DNA of 64,000 nucleotides from Camelus ferus (taxonomy: Eukaryota), in NCBI RefSeq assembly GCF_009834535.1, contig NC_045696.1, positions 102,178,001-102,242,000 on the forward strand. Direction: 5' to 3'. Below the pieces are notes generated by a model. It did no database searches. It was not told the origin of the DNA and saw only the letters and a program-made list of their open reading frames with translations. Of the stretch, positions 12,310 through 25,810 are shown piece by piece. How positions within the stretch are numbered: position 1 is the first letter of the stretch; every line of letters starts with the position of its first letter. Both the position numbers and the translations under genes were made by a program.

Positions 12310-13589
12310 CAATGCCTAAGATTGTTTCTGTGTGAAAATTGTCTTACTATTTCCTGGTCCATTTCAGCAAGATCTTGTTTTCTTAACTCATTAAAAGGAT
12401 GTGGTTCACTTACAAATCTCTAGCTTGTCTGTGCCTTGCTTTTTTGCCACCCCTTTCAACCTGGAATCTTTATTGGATACCGTGCAGCCTGCCACTAAGG
12501 AGCTAGCATCGTGGGATGGGTGGATGCAGGTATGGGTCTCGTAGCAGGAAGACTCAGACTTCCATGGCTGCACCCAGAGGTGCACTAGTCCAGAACAGTC
12601 CTCCAGATTAAGCAACATGCGCAGCAGGCGTTTGATACAAACCAAACTTTAGGTGTGAGCATTTTGTCCTGCCAAAGACCAAGCCTGCTTAGTCCAAATG
12701 GCTTATGTGTTTGTTTGTTTATTATTTAATCCTTGCCTATTTCTAAATTGGATTTGAGACAACTCATAACAGGAGCCATGTACATCATGGGACCATTTAG
12801 TTGAGGATAGACACTCAAGTGCTTTGGGATAGAGTTTTTCTGCAAAATTAGGCAGCTGTTCATTGCTGTGGCTTGGCAATAAATATAGCTCTGAGCTTTC
12901 TGGCAGCCAAAGCCAAAAGGGAAACTTGATGACTTATGTAGGAACAATACAGTATTATAAACAGAAGTCATACTTATTTATAAAATGGGCAACCTTGTTT
13001 TCTAAAATTTTAAGGAAATTTATCACATGCATATTTATATAAGGACCTTTGAGCACTATAACAGACAATGTATTGTCTTAGGGAAGATGGAAATCCATTC
13101 TTCATGTAGTCATTTCCCATATCAACCATCAATAAAATCTGAGGGTGTGGTATTAAATTACAATTCTCTGCTGATATTTCATGTAATAGGAAAATCCTTC
13201 TAGTTCTAATCCATAAGTAAACTAATATAGCACAAAGCTAAAATCTAGAAGACTTTTTAAAAAGTGCTTAACAAATGAATATATGAGAATGAATACAGCA
13301 AACTAAATGAACTGAGTTAACAAGTAGTTTATGAGTAACTGTAGCAGTAACCAGCAATCCCAAGGCCTTGCATGGATTCACTAACAATACATCATGTAAG
13401 TTCTAGGAAAGGTGCACAATAGTTTCTCAACACAATTCCACCAGCCCTTTCGGTGCTAGGTGGGTGCTCAAGGATGCCCACTAGGCCATCCCCACATCAC
13501 ACCTCTTACTGGTTCCATGAATTGGGTTTTCACACAAGATTTCATTTGAAAAAAAGATTTCTGTTGCTTTAAACAAAATACATCTGTTT

Positions 13590-15260
13590 TTAAGAACATT
13601 TTTAAATTTTTTTCTTACTGCCAAGGTAAGGTATACACATTGTAGAAAATTTGTAAAATGAAGATTCACAGAAGGAAATAAAATTAGAGTTACCTATATT
13701 CTCACTGCCTATTAATAACTGTTTTTAGTGTTTATCTGAGTCCATCTAATTATATGCATTTACATGTACTTAATTAAACATATGCATGAATACATATATG
13801 TGATTATATTTTTATTTTTAAGTAACTTGCTTTTTTCATTCAGCGATTTATAATGGATTTTTTCATGGCATTAAATATTCTTCTATATTACTATTTTTAA
13901 TGGCTGCCTAATACCATATCATATTAATTATTCCCATAATTTATTATATCAACCTTTTGATTGTTTATAGTTTTCAACATTATTATGATTGTGATGGTAA
14001 TCCTCATATATTAACACATGGATTCTTATTTATTTAACTGCCTTAAAATAAAGTTGTAGAGTTAATAAGAAGGCTAAAATTTTAATGTCATCCAAGTTAT
14101 CCTCCAGAAAATGTCTATCCTTTTGTATTTCCGCCAGCAATGTAAGCGCGAGCTCATTCACTCACATCTTCACCGCACTGACTCATTTTCATCACTGCTA
14201 ATTTGATAATCAAGTTCCATTTCATTCTGATTTAAATTTATTATATTTTCACCAAGGAAATCATTTTAATTATGTCATTGGCAATTTGTATTTCTCCTTT
14301 GGTGAACTACCTGTTTATGCCCTTTGTCCTTTTTTCTAGCGAGGCGCTGATAGTTGTCACATTAAATTTTAGAAGATCTTTATCTATTAAGAAAATTAAC
14401 CTTTTAGCTGTCCTGTAGGCTATAAATAGTCTCCAATTCATGGTTTTACCTTTCAAATATGTTTTTTTTGTTTAGGTTGATGTAGACATTTTCAAGTTTC
14501 ATATGGTTAAGTTTATCTCCTCCTTAGAAAGCCCAAGATTTTATTAATTTCTACTTAGAAAGCCCAGTGTTTGTTGACAATAATGTGTACTTTCTTTTAA
14601 TAGTTGTCTGGCTTTATTTTTGCATTGAAATCCAACTGGGATTTGTTTTGATATAAGGTGCAGTATATAGTGGAGATTTGATTCTATTCACTCATCCTAA
14701 GACCCTTCGACCTTAACCTATGAATTTATACTACAGTGTCCACATGTGTAGGTACATACATATATGTGCAAGTTCTGGCCTTTCTATTGTTCCACTGAGC
14801 TTGTGGTTTTGGTCTTTACCGTTTTCATCATTTCAGCTCCATGTTTCATTTTAATATCTAATAGATCCATTTCTTAACCCCTTCCCCCCTTTTCAAGGAC
14901 CTCTTTGCTATACTCATTTTTATTATTCCAGAATGACTTTGAAAATAGTTTCATTATGTTTCAAGCAGAAAATAACTTTAGGATGATGATTTGGTTTGTC
15001 TTAAATTTTTAGATTAATTTGAGGAGAAGTGGTGTTTTTACAACATTGAGTCTTCCTACCCAGGAATATGTTATATCTCTCCATTTATTCAAGTCATCTT
15101 TTATGGCCCTTAGTAAATTGTTATAGTTGTCTTCACATTAGACTTACAGATTTCTTGTTAAGTAGTTTTTAAGCTATTTTATATTTTGGCTTACTGTGAT
15201 GAGTGGAAGCTTCTTCCATTATAGTTTCTAGACGGCTATAGTTTATTTATGTGCATGTAG
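13590..15260 (-). mobile_element. Old L1 (L1ME/L1M-type) 3' end and ORF2 remnant
   Basis: T-rich tract with reverse L1 motifs such as cattgagtcttcctacccaggaatatgttatatctctccatttattcaagtc and ttccgccagcaatgtaag. Confidence 0.8.
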
Positions 15261-15691
15261 ACTTCACTGTACTATTTGACTTACTCTCTGCAGCTCTGAA
15301 ATAGAGAACATGGGCTGATGTGTAGAATTAGGACTGATGGATCAAACTTATATTAAACTATCAGGCCCATGAGGGCTGTATCATCATTGGCAGTGTGGCT
15401 GAAGCATGCTAGGCATTCAGTGTCTTTTGAGCAGTGGAATGAATGATTTTAGCTCAACAAAAGGAAATATTTCCAAAAGTTGAATAACAGACTATTTTAT
15501 AAGGTAGTGAGTGCCTTATGCCTGAAATATTCTTGCAGATTTTATATTCTGGTCAAGATATTCCAGAGCAGATTCATACACCAACTAAAGGATATATAAC
15601 AAATTGCATTAATTTGCAATTTCATTTCTCTAACCATTAAGTTAAAATAGAGACATGTGACCTAAGGAAACAAGAGCATAGTCTAAAAGAA

Positions 15692-16093
15692 TATGGTGGG
15701 CATATGTTGGTTTTGGCTGCCCAGCACCCATTCTCACTTTTACTGATAAAGCATCCTCCTGTTACTTAGGGAACTACCCCTCCTCCATCAGATACTAACT
15801 TGTAAACCCCACCCTCCCACTCCCCTCCCCTACAAAAGATAATAGGGACACCTGAAGCTAGGTCAATCAGAAACTCTTCCCCCAGGATGTGAACTTTAGG
15901 AGGGAGAGAGAAGGGTCTATAACTGTTGGCACCCATAATTTCCAAGAGTGGAACACTGTTGGGACCCTCTATTTATTTCTGCCATAGATCCCTGGAGCTG
16001 CCTTCCTGCCTCTTCCCTCTAGTAAATTCCTTTCTGATTACAGTTGCCGGAATCAGTTTTTATTGCTTATAAACAAAGAAACCTAAATAGTAC
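15692..16093 (+). mobile_element. Solo ERVL-class LTR (LTR16/LTR67B-like)
   Basis: Starts tatggtgggcatatgttggttttggctgcccagcacccattc. Ends agtaaattcctttctg...tttttattgcttataaacaaagaaacctaaatagtac. Confidence 0.65.
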
Positions 16094-19000
16094 GAGGGAA
16101 GGAATAATCCATGAGGTATTTCAACAAAAGAAGCTGCATAACTTGGTGACAATTCAGAAGGGAAGAGCGCCTCAAAGACAGCACAGCCTCTAGGCCTGGA
16201 TGCTTGGGACCATCTTATGCCAGGTGCATACTGATAGACAAAAAGAATCACGCTTTTAAAGACAGTTTGCACAGTGTTCATTATCCTTTTCAATTCAGCT
16301 TCTTGTAAGATTCATTATGAACGCTTCTTTGTGAGGGGGGCTTGCTCATTACCACATCTTCTGCTTTCACTTTCAGTTGTTACTAATTTGATGATGATCA
16401 TCTGATTTATTTTGATCATCTTTTACTTCAAGGGCCACATTTGCAGCCACCTCATCTCAGTCTCTTGGAAGTTGCACCTGCAAGTATTCAGTAGTCACGT
16501 AGAAGAACTTAGTTTTATGGAAACAAGTGGCTTTTAGACATGCAAATGAAGGTTGTCATTTCTGTTACCCAGAAGTCTGATGCTCTGCTATTGGAAATAT
16601 ACAAGTGCAGTTTAAGAAAACTTTTATATGGGAAGACTGGGCAGAATGTCAAATGCAGGTGAAAAGTCTTTCTGGAGAATGAGGATGTGTAGATAGAAAT
16701 GGATTTTAAGGAGTCCTCACGAGCCAGGATTGCATAGAAAGAAGGGAATTTATATGAAAGTGTCTGCCCTAATTACAGAATCAGCCCCTGGGGGATATGT
16801 CTCTGGCTTCTAGCTCTTCTGCTAACTTGCTGAGGGATTGGAATAAGTCTCCCTGTTAATTGGTATCTCGGTTTTTTTTTACGGCCAAGGTAAAAGGATT
16901 TTTATTATTTTGTAATAGAAGGACACTTACACATACAGAATGTGGCTTTTGAGTAAACACATGACCTGAGGTATTCTCTCCATGAAGCACCTGGAACACA
17001 TGCATACCTAATTTCTGATCAAGCAGAATTTTTTTCTTGCAGAGTCCTATTTTCTAAAAGTCATTAGGTTACTGAGCCATTATTTTAAATTGAATATTGA
17101 AAATAATTCAGCAGTATTATTTATAGCATAATCTCTAGTGGAATTGAATCCTGTCATAGAAGCTGCTTTTCAGTTTATAAAGATAACCCAAAAGCACAGC
17201 TGGACAGGTTGTTTGAAAATTCATTTTTATAATCTGTTTCCCAGCTGAGACTTTAGGGGTCAGGTTTTTGCCAGAAGCAAACTTTCAGGGACTGTCACTA
17301 AACACCTGAAGAGCAAGATTTCTAATGGCAACATTGACACCATGTCTAATGATTTCTCCACTTCCAGGCACTGCTGTAATAAAGACAGCTTCCATTTTTA
17401 GATTCCTGGGGCATATTTTATGTCCATTGGAAGTGAAAGAGGAGGAGGGGGGCCATTGGCATCCCTCATTTTCTCATGCAAAAAGTTAGAACTGTATAGC
17501 CCACTGTTTACACAGCTTAGAATGGTTTCCATCTAAGAAAACAAACATGTAAAAGTCTGAAAGAAAAGTGCTCATTACTAAGCAATGCTATTGGGCTTTG
17601 TAGTCTGATTCTAGAGAGTAAGAGACTGAAGAATTTTTTTAAACACAGAAGGGTGAAAACAAGTGACACTCTGGCCCATTCACTAAGGAATTGACCAAGA
17701 TGTCTGAAAGAGAGAAGAATTTAGCACACACAAGCATCAAGCACAATATAAACAGTTAATTCATCTCAATCCCATCAACCAGGCCTTTTCTCCTGTTGGT
17801 CTCAAATGACAAAGGCCTAATTACATTGTCATGATAAGGAAAAGCTGACACTTGAAAGCTCAAGTCCTGCTTATCTGTCAGGTCAGTTCTTGAAAGGCTT
17901 TTGTAAAGTAGTCATGAAGGGAAGCCTGGGGAAGTCTTTCTTTTTTGCAATAGACAAGGAGGAAAGATTTCCAAATGAAATGACTATTACTGGACATGTT
18001 GCAACTTCACTTGATCTGAGTAAGTTGGCTTTTTACCTCTCATCACCATCATCTCTCAGCTTGGCAAAAACTTGTCTGTAACTCTTAAGAAGGCTTCTAG
18101 TTCAGAGGTGAATGTGTTCTGTTTGGCTTTCTACTGATGCATCGCATGACTGGATGGGAAATATATTTCTAGATCTCAGTAAATAAAACAAATCACCAGG
18201 AGGGGACTTAGTTTGAATTATTTCTCGATTCAAGTCTGGCTGGTTTCAGTTTCTATATACATGTCATTAGCTGACATCTCAGCTTTAGACTGTTCTTGCT
18301 TCATATTGACAGGACCATGTGAATCCAGATTAATTAGCCAACAATTCACCAGCAAATGAGGGGCATTGAGTGTTTTCCAAGCCAAAAATAAAACCCGGAG
18401 GCTCAAAATATTAGGCATTCAAGCTGTAGCAATAGACACCCAAAGTTCTCAAGGGGATTAGTTAACCAACTTGCTTAACCAAGGGCAAACGCTCAACGAT
18501 GCCATCGCAATAAAAGCAGGGGTGTAAAGTACATCTCGCATAACAACATATTAACTCACAGCTGCACTTTCTTGAACCAAACAGCTCATCATTTCAATAT
18601 TCAGACAACCTTGCACATGTAACTTGAATAGTGGACAAATTCACCTCTGCTTTCTTCACTGTAAATGTTTTCAGTCATGATTTAACATCTCCCCATGGTG
18701 TCAGCAAGGCTTAGGGAAAAGAGAAAGTTCTTCCTTTTTCAGTTGCCCGTGTTCTGCACAGGTATGTAGAAAATTGTCAGAAGATAGATGGTACAAATGA
18801 CTAACATGTAAGTGAAGGAGAAAGAGGGGTTGACGATCATTCTCAGTCCCTATAGCAAATGGATCAGTGGTTCATTTCATCAGACTGGGGGCGGTAAGTG
18901 AATAAATACATGTAGTAGAAAAGGAGACACAAAAACTGGTTCATTTGAAGAAAATCTTCTGGATTCTACACAAGTGTGGAAACTTCACATGGAAAAGTAC

Positions 19001-21649
19001 AGTGGGCCATGGGACATGAACACCTGGGGTGAGCTTGCTGATTAGAGATTTAGGTGACGATGTCCAGCTGACTCTAAGGAAATGGAAACTGAAAAGAAGG
19101 GACAAACCTGACAAACACCAACATTTGAGGTAAAAAGCCAGGAATTTAAGCTAAAGGGGATTTTTCTTCTTCTCTAGGCCTCAAGTTAATTTGCATAAAT
19201 ATTCACTACTACATTATTGAAGGAGATTTTTGTTTTAAATGGAAATTTATAAACCTTGCAGCATTGACAAGAAGTAACTCTTAAATGCATGCCTACCTTC
19301 TGCATTGAAGAATCTAGAAATAAGAGCATAGATGTGTGTTGTTTTCTGAATTGATACTCTTACATCCCGCAGACTCATGATTAATTTGCGGACTGTGGCA
19401 TTGCCAAATATGGTGAACTAGACAGTGATTGTACGCTTTGGAAACTTGGAATCTTTCATATTCCCTGAAGGAGTTTTCTATTTCGCTAAATCTTTGACTT
19501 TTCAGTTCCAGGTTCACGTTCAGCAGTGGTTGGTAGGAAACCTGTCAGAAATGTCTCTTTTTACCAGATCAAAAATAAATAAAAGTGTGGCATGGAAAAA
19601 TAACCCATCAACCTTAAAACCCCTCAGAGTATCGTCTGAGAGGAAGACACATTTTTTTTTTCTTTCTCGCTTGCTCTCGCTCTTTGTTCTGATGATATAA
19701 TCAATATTTCCTGTCCAAAAATGCAATATTCTCTGGTCTTAGAAACCCCTCAAGTCTGCATTTAATGTCAAAGAAAATCATGCTCCATGTGACAGATGTT
19801 TGCTTTTCAGCTGCTGTATCTGAAGGCTTCATCAACTTTTAATGAGAAAAGAACTACTGAATAATGTTATCAGTAGTAGAGACTGTAGGTGACAATAGTC
19901 TTGAATAAGAAAATTTAAACACTAGAAGAAAATGGGCCCTGCCACTAATAAATTCACATAAACATCTATTTCTATGCGAGGATCAAAAATAATTTCTCCT
20001 GCATTCTCTTTTTAGAGCAGATAAATATTTCTTGAAATAGAGTTTCATTCCTTTTACAAACCTGCATTTGAGTGTCTGATGTCTGCTGGGCACTGTTATG
20101 GAATTGGGGGCAATTCAAAGAGGGAGGTCATTGACCAGCCCTTCAGGAGATCAAGGTCAAGAAAGGACACTGGTAATTCAGTTGTCAGGAAGTCAACCTG
20201 AAGCTAGGGGGACAGGGAAGGCGACTTATAATTCTTCAATTCCATATATGCAGACCTTGGAGCAAATGTAAAAACAACCATTCAGATCACATTTAAAATG
20301 GGGAGGTGCTTAGAGATCATTGAGCAGTATTTGCCAGTTTCTTGACCCTTGTTGGAAAAAATAAAATAGTTTTATCACGCATTTATCTGCATGTAGCATA
20401 ATTTTTTGCCCACAAGGGTACTTATATACTTTAAAATACACAAAAATTCTAATTAAAAATTATGAGGTTCTTATATTTTCTTCCACCCTTCGGTGGATTT
20501 TCTTGTATACTCCAATTTAAAGAACACTAATGCAGACCATCTTCTTCAATTCATTGAGAAGAAAACAGAGGGCCAGGCAATGAATTTAAATTGCACTAGT
20601 CATTCAACTAGCTAAGTGTCTGAACTATGACCAGATAGATACCAGGTCTCCTGGCACCCATTGTAGTACAGTTTTTTATATAATTTAGAACCACACAGTG
20701 AGCCGTGAAATCATGTACACATGTTTATACATATACCTATACAATATTTAGTAACACAAGAGCTCTCTGAGAGGGTCCAGAAACAGAAATCACAGAGAAC
20801 AGTATAAATGGTTCTCTGGTAACCAAAAAGAGTTAATTGTCCTCTCAAAATTGATTCTCTGGAAAGAATTTACTGGCTAGCAGAATCATTATTCTTCCCA
20901 AAGAATTATGGACCACCTCGTGTTGTTTCCTAAACTACTTTGCTTGCCAATTAATTTGAATTTAACTGTGTACCTCTTTGTGGTTTCTCAAACAGCTCTT
21001 TTAGTTAGTGTCATAAAGTGTTGGTTTTAGTTCTTGTTCAAAATTGCATAAATGAGTCCTTGCAGACAGCCCTTCAGGGATGTTGCTCACCCCTGAAAGC
21101 TTGCTGTGCAAACTGAAAGGCAATTTTGAGCACACATGTGAGTCAGAAACTCTTATTATTATTTTCTCTAGGCCACTTCTTGATTTCTTTCAGAGCTCCT
21201 AATTTATTTTAGTTCTCAGCTATTTTTGAGCATGCTCCACTCCCTGTGGACCGGATATATGTATTTGGTTCCATTTGTCATTGCCACAGGACCCCATAAA
21301 TACAACCTGAAACCAAGACCTTAGACGTGCAGCCTAGTAGTTGCATTTAATGACTGCTTGCTTTTGCGGAAGAGGTAGAAGCAGAATGATCAGATTTTAC
21401 TTCTGCTGGGAAAGAAAATGAAGTAATGTTTTAACAGCAGAAGACAGACGTACTATTTGTTTCATAGTTTTATTTTATGGATACTAGAACTAATTTAAAA
21501 TGTAAGAGAAATACCTTCATACTTATAATAATTAGACTATTTAAACATGGATCATATTCATTGTTTCTTCTAAGTTTTGTATTTAGAAAAAATGTAATTA
21601 GTTGATTCAATGTGTGTTTATTCCCTAACCTATAATGGATTAAAACCCA

Positions 21650-22050
21650 AAATATGCTGGTAAACTGCACGTTCCTCAAACATGCCCCTCAGTCTCCTAC
21701 CTCACTCCCTTCACTCAGATTGAATTCCCTACCCCTGACCTTGCACCTCCAAATTCTTCTTATTTTTCAAGACCTAAATGCCTCTGCATCCTTTAGGAAA
21801 AGTTTCTCATCTCTCTCCCACCTTCCCCAGTCCAAAAGAAATCACTCCCTCTCAGAATTCCTATGTTCTTATCACCTACTGCATTCTGCCCCCTATTAGG
21901 TGTCTCTGTATGCACGTGGTCTCTGGTAGGAGACATAAAACTGCTTGAGATCTAGGACTGGGTTTATTCATCCTTGCATTCCCCATAGCCATAATGTATG
22001 CTTTCCTCATGGAATGACCTCAGTAGATAGTAACATTTGAGTGGAGGAAT
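21650..22050 (+). mobile_element. L2 LINE 3' fragment
   Basis: gcttgagatctaggactgggtttattcatccttgcattccccatagcc...gagtggaggaat. Confidence 0.7.
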
Positions 22051-22404
22051 AGCAGGTACCCTAGCTAACTTGCAAAAATATGGTACCTTAACTATAGTAT
22101 ACTGAGAATTGTCTAGGTTTGGATTTCTAGGAGGGAGGAGCACATTTTCACTTGCTCTTCCTTGATGTGGGAGTTAATGTGGAAGAGAAGGCAACAAATA
22201 ATGATTTAGTTATCAAAAGTTGTTTATGAACTGAGAAAAAAAGATAATTAAAAACGTGTTGCTTCTTTGGAGCTGTCTTCTAATTGTCCCAAGATGCTAA
22301 AAGGCAAGAATAAAGCAAAAATCTCTTTTTTAAGACCATACGAGATCAAGGCCAAGCCATTGCAAAGGGGAGTTGAGACTTAATACCAAAGTGTCGGTCA
22401 GAGA

Positions 22405-22560
22405 TTCACATCTCAAAGTGGGATCCTAGAACTAGTAGCATGGGCGTCCTTGGTAGTATAAATGCAGAATCGTGGGCTTTATACGAAACCTACTGAAGCA
22501 GAATCTGCATTTAACAAGATTACCAGGTGGCTTGAATGTTTAGTAATTTCCAAAGGCATG
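22405..22560. mobile_element. MER5-family hAT-Charlie DNA transposon relic
   Basis: tctcaaagtggg...aaatgcagaatc...cctactgaagcagaatctgcatttaacaagat. Confidence 0.7.
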
Positions 22561-23684
22561 AGGTGGAGTTCAGAAACCTCTCTTGCCTAATGCAGATTCT
22601 TGGGCCACAGCTGAGCTTCCAGTGGGGTCAGGTGGTTTCTGATGCATGAGGATGACAAGATAAACTGTAAATCAAGCACAGTCTGGGAGTGACAAGCGAG
22701 ACAGAGGGGTGAGAAGCAGCGGTAAGGAAAAAGAAAGGAAGTGGGTTCCTCTGAGGTGAACTGTGTCTGGCACCTGAGCACAGATATCAGAATTCACCAT
22801 TTTCAATGCCCTTTGACCTGAAAGTTTGTGGTCTACAGATTTACCACATTTTCTGCACAGAGGAGATTTCCTGAGTTCATCTTTAAACCTTCTAGCTTAC
22901 TTGAAAAAATTAAGTTTTTATGATTTGAGGGTATGGTGATGATATGTTTTAAAATTTTACTTTAGAAAGGTTGTCTATCTAAAATTGAAAGAATATTTGA
23001 AAGTGTCTAAGTTTATCTTGTCTTCACTTTTTGAGAAAGTCAGGCTGCTTTTATTCAAAAGGTCTATAGGTTTCATTTGGAGCCACTATTATTACTTTGT
23101 CCTGAACTTAAAAAAAAAAAACAACTAAATTGAGATGTTAATCCTAGTGAATTAATAAAATAATATATAGGAAAATGGTAGACCCATAGAACTGGAGGAT
23201 ATTTAAATTTCTACTTTATGAAAAAATTTATTTCTATAACACCTCTGACAGATGATTATTCAGCCCAAACATTTCCCATTATAGCGAAATTTTCACACTT
23301 CAGGGCAGCCACCCCACTGTAGGATTGTTCTCACATTTTGGAAAAATCCTGTGATTGGGAATCAGAAGACACAGGTCGGAGTCTGGGCCACCCCTCTTTA
23401 ATAGATCTACGCCTAACTTACTCCTCTCCCCAAGCCACTTGTTCCAATCTAGTGGCTCAAACTCACATCACTTTTTAAAAATATGAATTTCAGCCATAGG
23501 TAGGATTGAAATGAGCCTGAGTCCAGTCCTCTGGGACTTGGCATGTTGTCTTAGTTGACATTGGCATCTTCCATGGTCCCAGTTATAATAAGAGAATACA
23601 GGCTGAATCTTATTTTCTGATAACACAGCTTCGATGTTTTCAGAGAACCTGAAAGTTTAGAATGCAAAAGGACCACAAGAGACT

Positions 23685-24220
23685 GCTGGTCAGGTTTCTG
23701 TCAGGAAGAGAGGAACCAACTGGTTGTCGACAGAGTTTAACTCAGGAAATTGGATACCTAGGTGGTAGAGAGCTGCCAAAGTAAAAAGCGGGCACTGAGG
23801 CAACACAGAGGTAGTAATTGCAGGAAGCAAGTGTGAACCCTAGGACTGGAGGAGCAAAGGAAAGAGAATCTAGAAGCTTCTTAGAAGGAACCTCTGAGCT
23901 GGGAACCAGACCTCTGAGGACACTGCCTGGCTGCTGCTACTTTCTCTGAGGGGGTCCCAGGAGGCTAATCCAGAGTGAAGCTAAAAAACAGAAAACAAGC
24001 CTGGGACCAACTGCTAAAGCTATGGTCAAGAACCATTGCTGAGATGCAGCCGAGAGGAGCAGCAGGCAACCAGGGAGAAGCAACACCTTCTCTCCTCTCC
24101 TGCATCCTGGTCTCCCTCAGGGGCTCCGTACTGACAGATCCTAGCTGGCTCCAGCAAAGGAAGATGCGGTCTGCAAAGCCCGACCCCAGAAACACAGAGC
24201 CAACACATGCGCTGAGACAC
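23685..24220 (-). mobile_element. Old LTR (LTR78/LTR79-like)
   Basis: cactgaggcaacacagaggtagtaattgcaggaagc...ccctaggactggaggagcaaagg resembles this LTR class. It also explains the overlapping spurious ORFs. Confidence 0.5.
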
Positions 24221-25009
24221 TGTAGTTTGCCAACTGACCCAAAGAACACTTGGTCCTCCTCCCCCACCTTTTTACACCTGAGAATCTGAGACCCAGAGCA
24301 TGTAAGAGGTTGTCTAGGGCCCTCCTTTACAGTGGTATGGCTCAGGCTAGCAGGTATGCACAAATATAATGGCAATTAAAATGCACTTTTGTAAGGTAGA
24401 AAACTGCTAACTCTAAATCTGTTTAGATGGCAAAGAATTTTATAGGTAATAGATGTATTTAGGTGAGACATTTTCAAAATGTGTTTTGGCTTGTAAAAGT
24501 CATACTAATTATAGTTAATTTGTGTGAGTTGATTAATTACCAAGCTATAGAATTATGATTGTGTATACTGATACTAAGGGTCGGATCAACTTAGTTGTTT
24601 TATTTTAATTACAACACTAAGACTCTGGTCACATAGGCACCCTCTTCATTGTTTGTTGCTTGTGTGACTTATCTGTACACAAAACTCAAAAAATATTAGC
24701 AGAAACTTTGTTAGTGTTCTAACAGAAGCAAGGAAACAAAAACCAGTGGAGCTACTGGGGAAAATATCCTCAAAGGAGACATCCAGGCAGATCACATGTA
24801 TAATATTCATCTTCAAATCTCTGACTTTTTCCCTGGGACATCAGAAATGACATTTTTAGATAAGCTAAGATTACCCTAAACATTCACGGATGGTCTAATA
24901 CAGGGAGAAAAGCACAGGGAGTCTGTGGAATTTCGAATCTCAGCTCTGTCACCTTCAAGGTGACCTTGAGTAAATTACTTTAGTTTCTCGTTACATGGGG
25001 ATAGGACTG

Positions 25010-25810
25010 TTCATTTATTCAACAAATATGTGGAGGGCCTACCATGTGCCTGGCATTGCTCTAATGGTTGGGGACCAGTGAATCACTGTGCACTCGATGA
25101 GTTTCCATTGCAGTGCAGGAAGGCAGAAAATAAACCTATAAATATATAAAATGTTAGGTGGCAGTAAATAATATTAAAAAAATAGATTATTGTAGGCGAG
25201 TAGAGAATGATGAGAGAGATTATTTTTGTAGAGTATATAGCAAAGGCCTGTCTGACAATGTGACATCTTAAGGAAAGGAGGGAACCATATAGATGTTTGG
25301 AGAAGAACTTTCCAAGCAGTGGGAACCAGACATGCAAGGGCCCTGCAGTGGGAGCAGGGAGCAGGAAGCAGGGAGCACGGTAGGAGAGGAGGTCAGAGAG
25401 CTGTGGAGAGGGGAGGAGGGATCTAGGTCTAGATCTAGGTCCTGCCTTTTAGTCATGGGGATCTATTACAGAGCTGGGAGCAGAGGACTGACATGATCTG
25501 AATTGTCTTAAAAGAACCAGTATTGCTAGGTAGAAGATAAACTGGGCCCCAGGGGCAGCAGTGGAAAAGGGGTGGGTGGGGGTGGAACCAATTAGGAAGC
25601 TGTTGCTGTCATTCCAGGCAAAAAAAGAAGGTGGCTTGAAAAAGAGTGTTAGGGTGGAGGTGTTGAGAAGGTTTCAGATAAGTTTTGAAGGACAAGTCAA
25701 CAAAATTGCTGATGTACAGAGAGAGGAGAGAAAAAAGGGTGTTCCCAGAGTTTTGGCTTGGGCAGCAGGAAAAATAGATATGCCATTACTGAGAAGGGGA
25801 AGATAGTGGG
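25010..25810 (-). mobile_element. L2 LINE
   Basis: ttcatttattcaacaaatat...cctaccatgtgcctggcattg...ttttggcttgggcagc...gccattactgag. A MIR fragment precedes it at about 24900-25005. Confidence 0.8.

Noticed and set aside
14523..14566. 13-bp direct repeat cttagaaagccca separated by a short spacer
   Set aside because: Small local duplication in a dead L1. Only two copies, so not an array or CRISPR.
21061..21110. Imperfect ~50-nt hairpin (ttcaggg...ccctgaa)
   Set aside because: The stem is too short and interrupted to call a pre-miRNA.
23965..24375. Overlapping 136 aa and 104 aa ORFs
   Set aside because: They lie in an LTR-like relic, with no recognisable protein motif or splice support.
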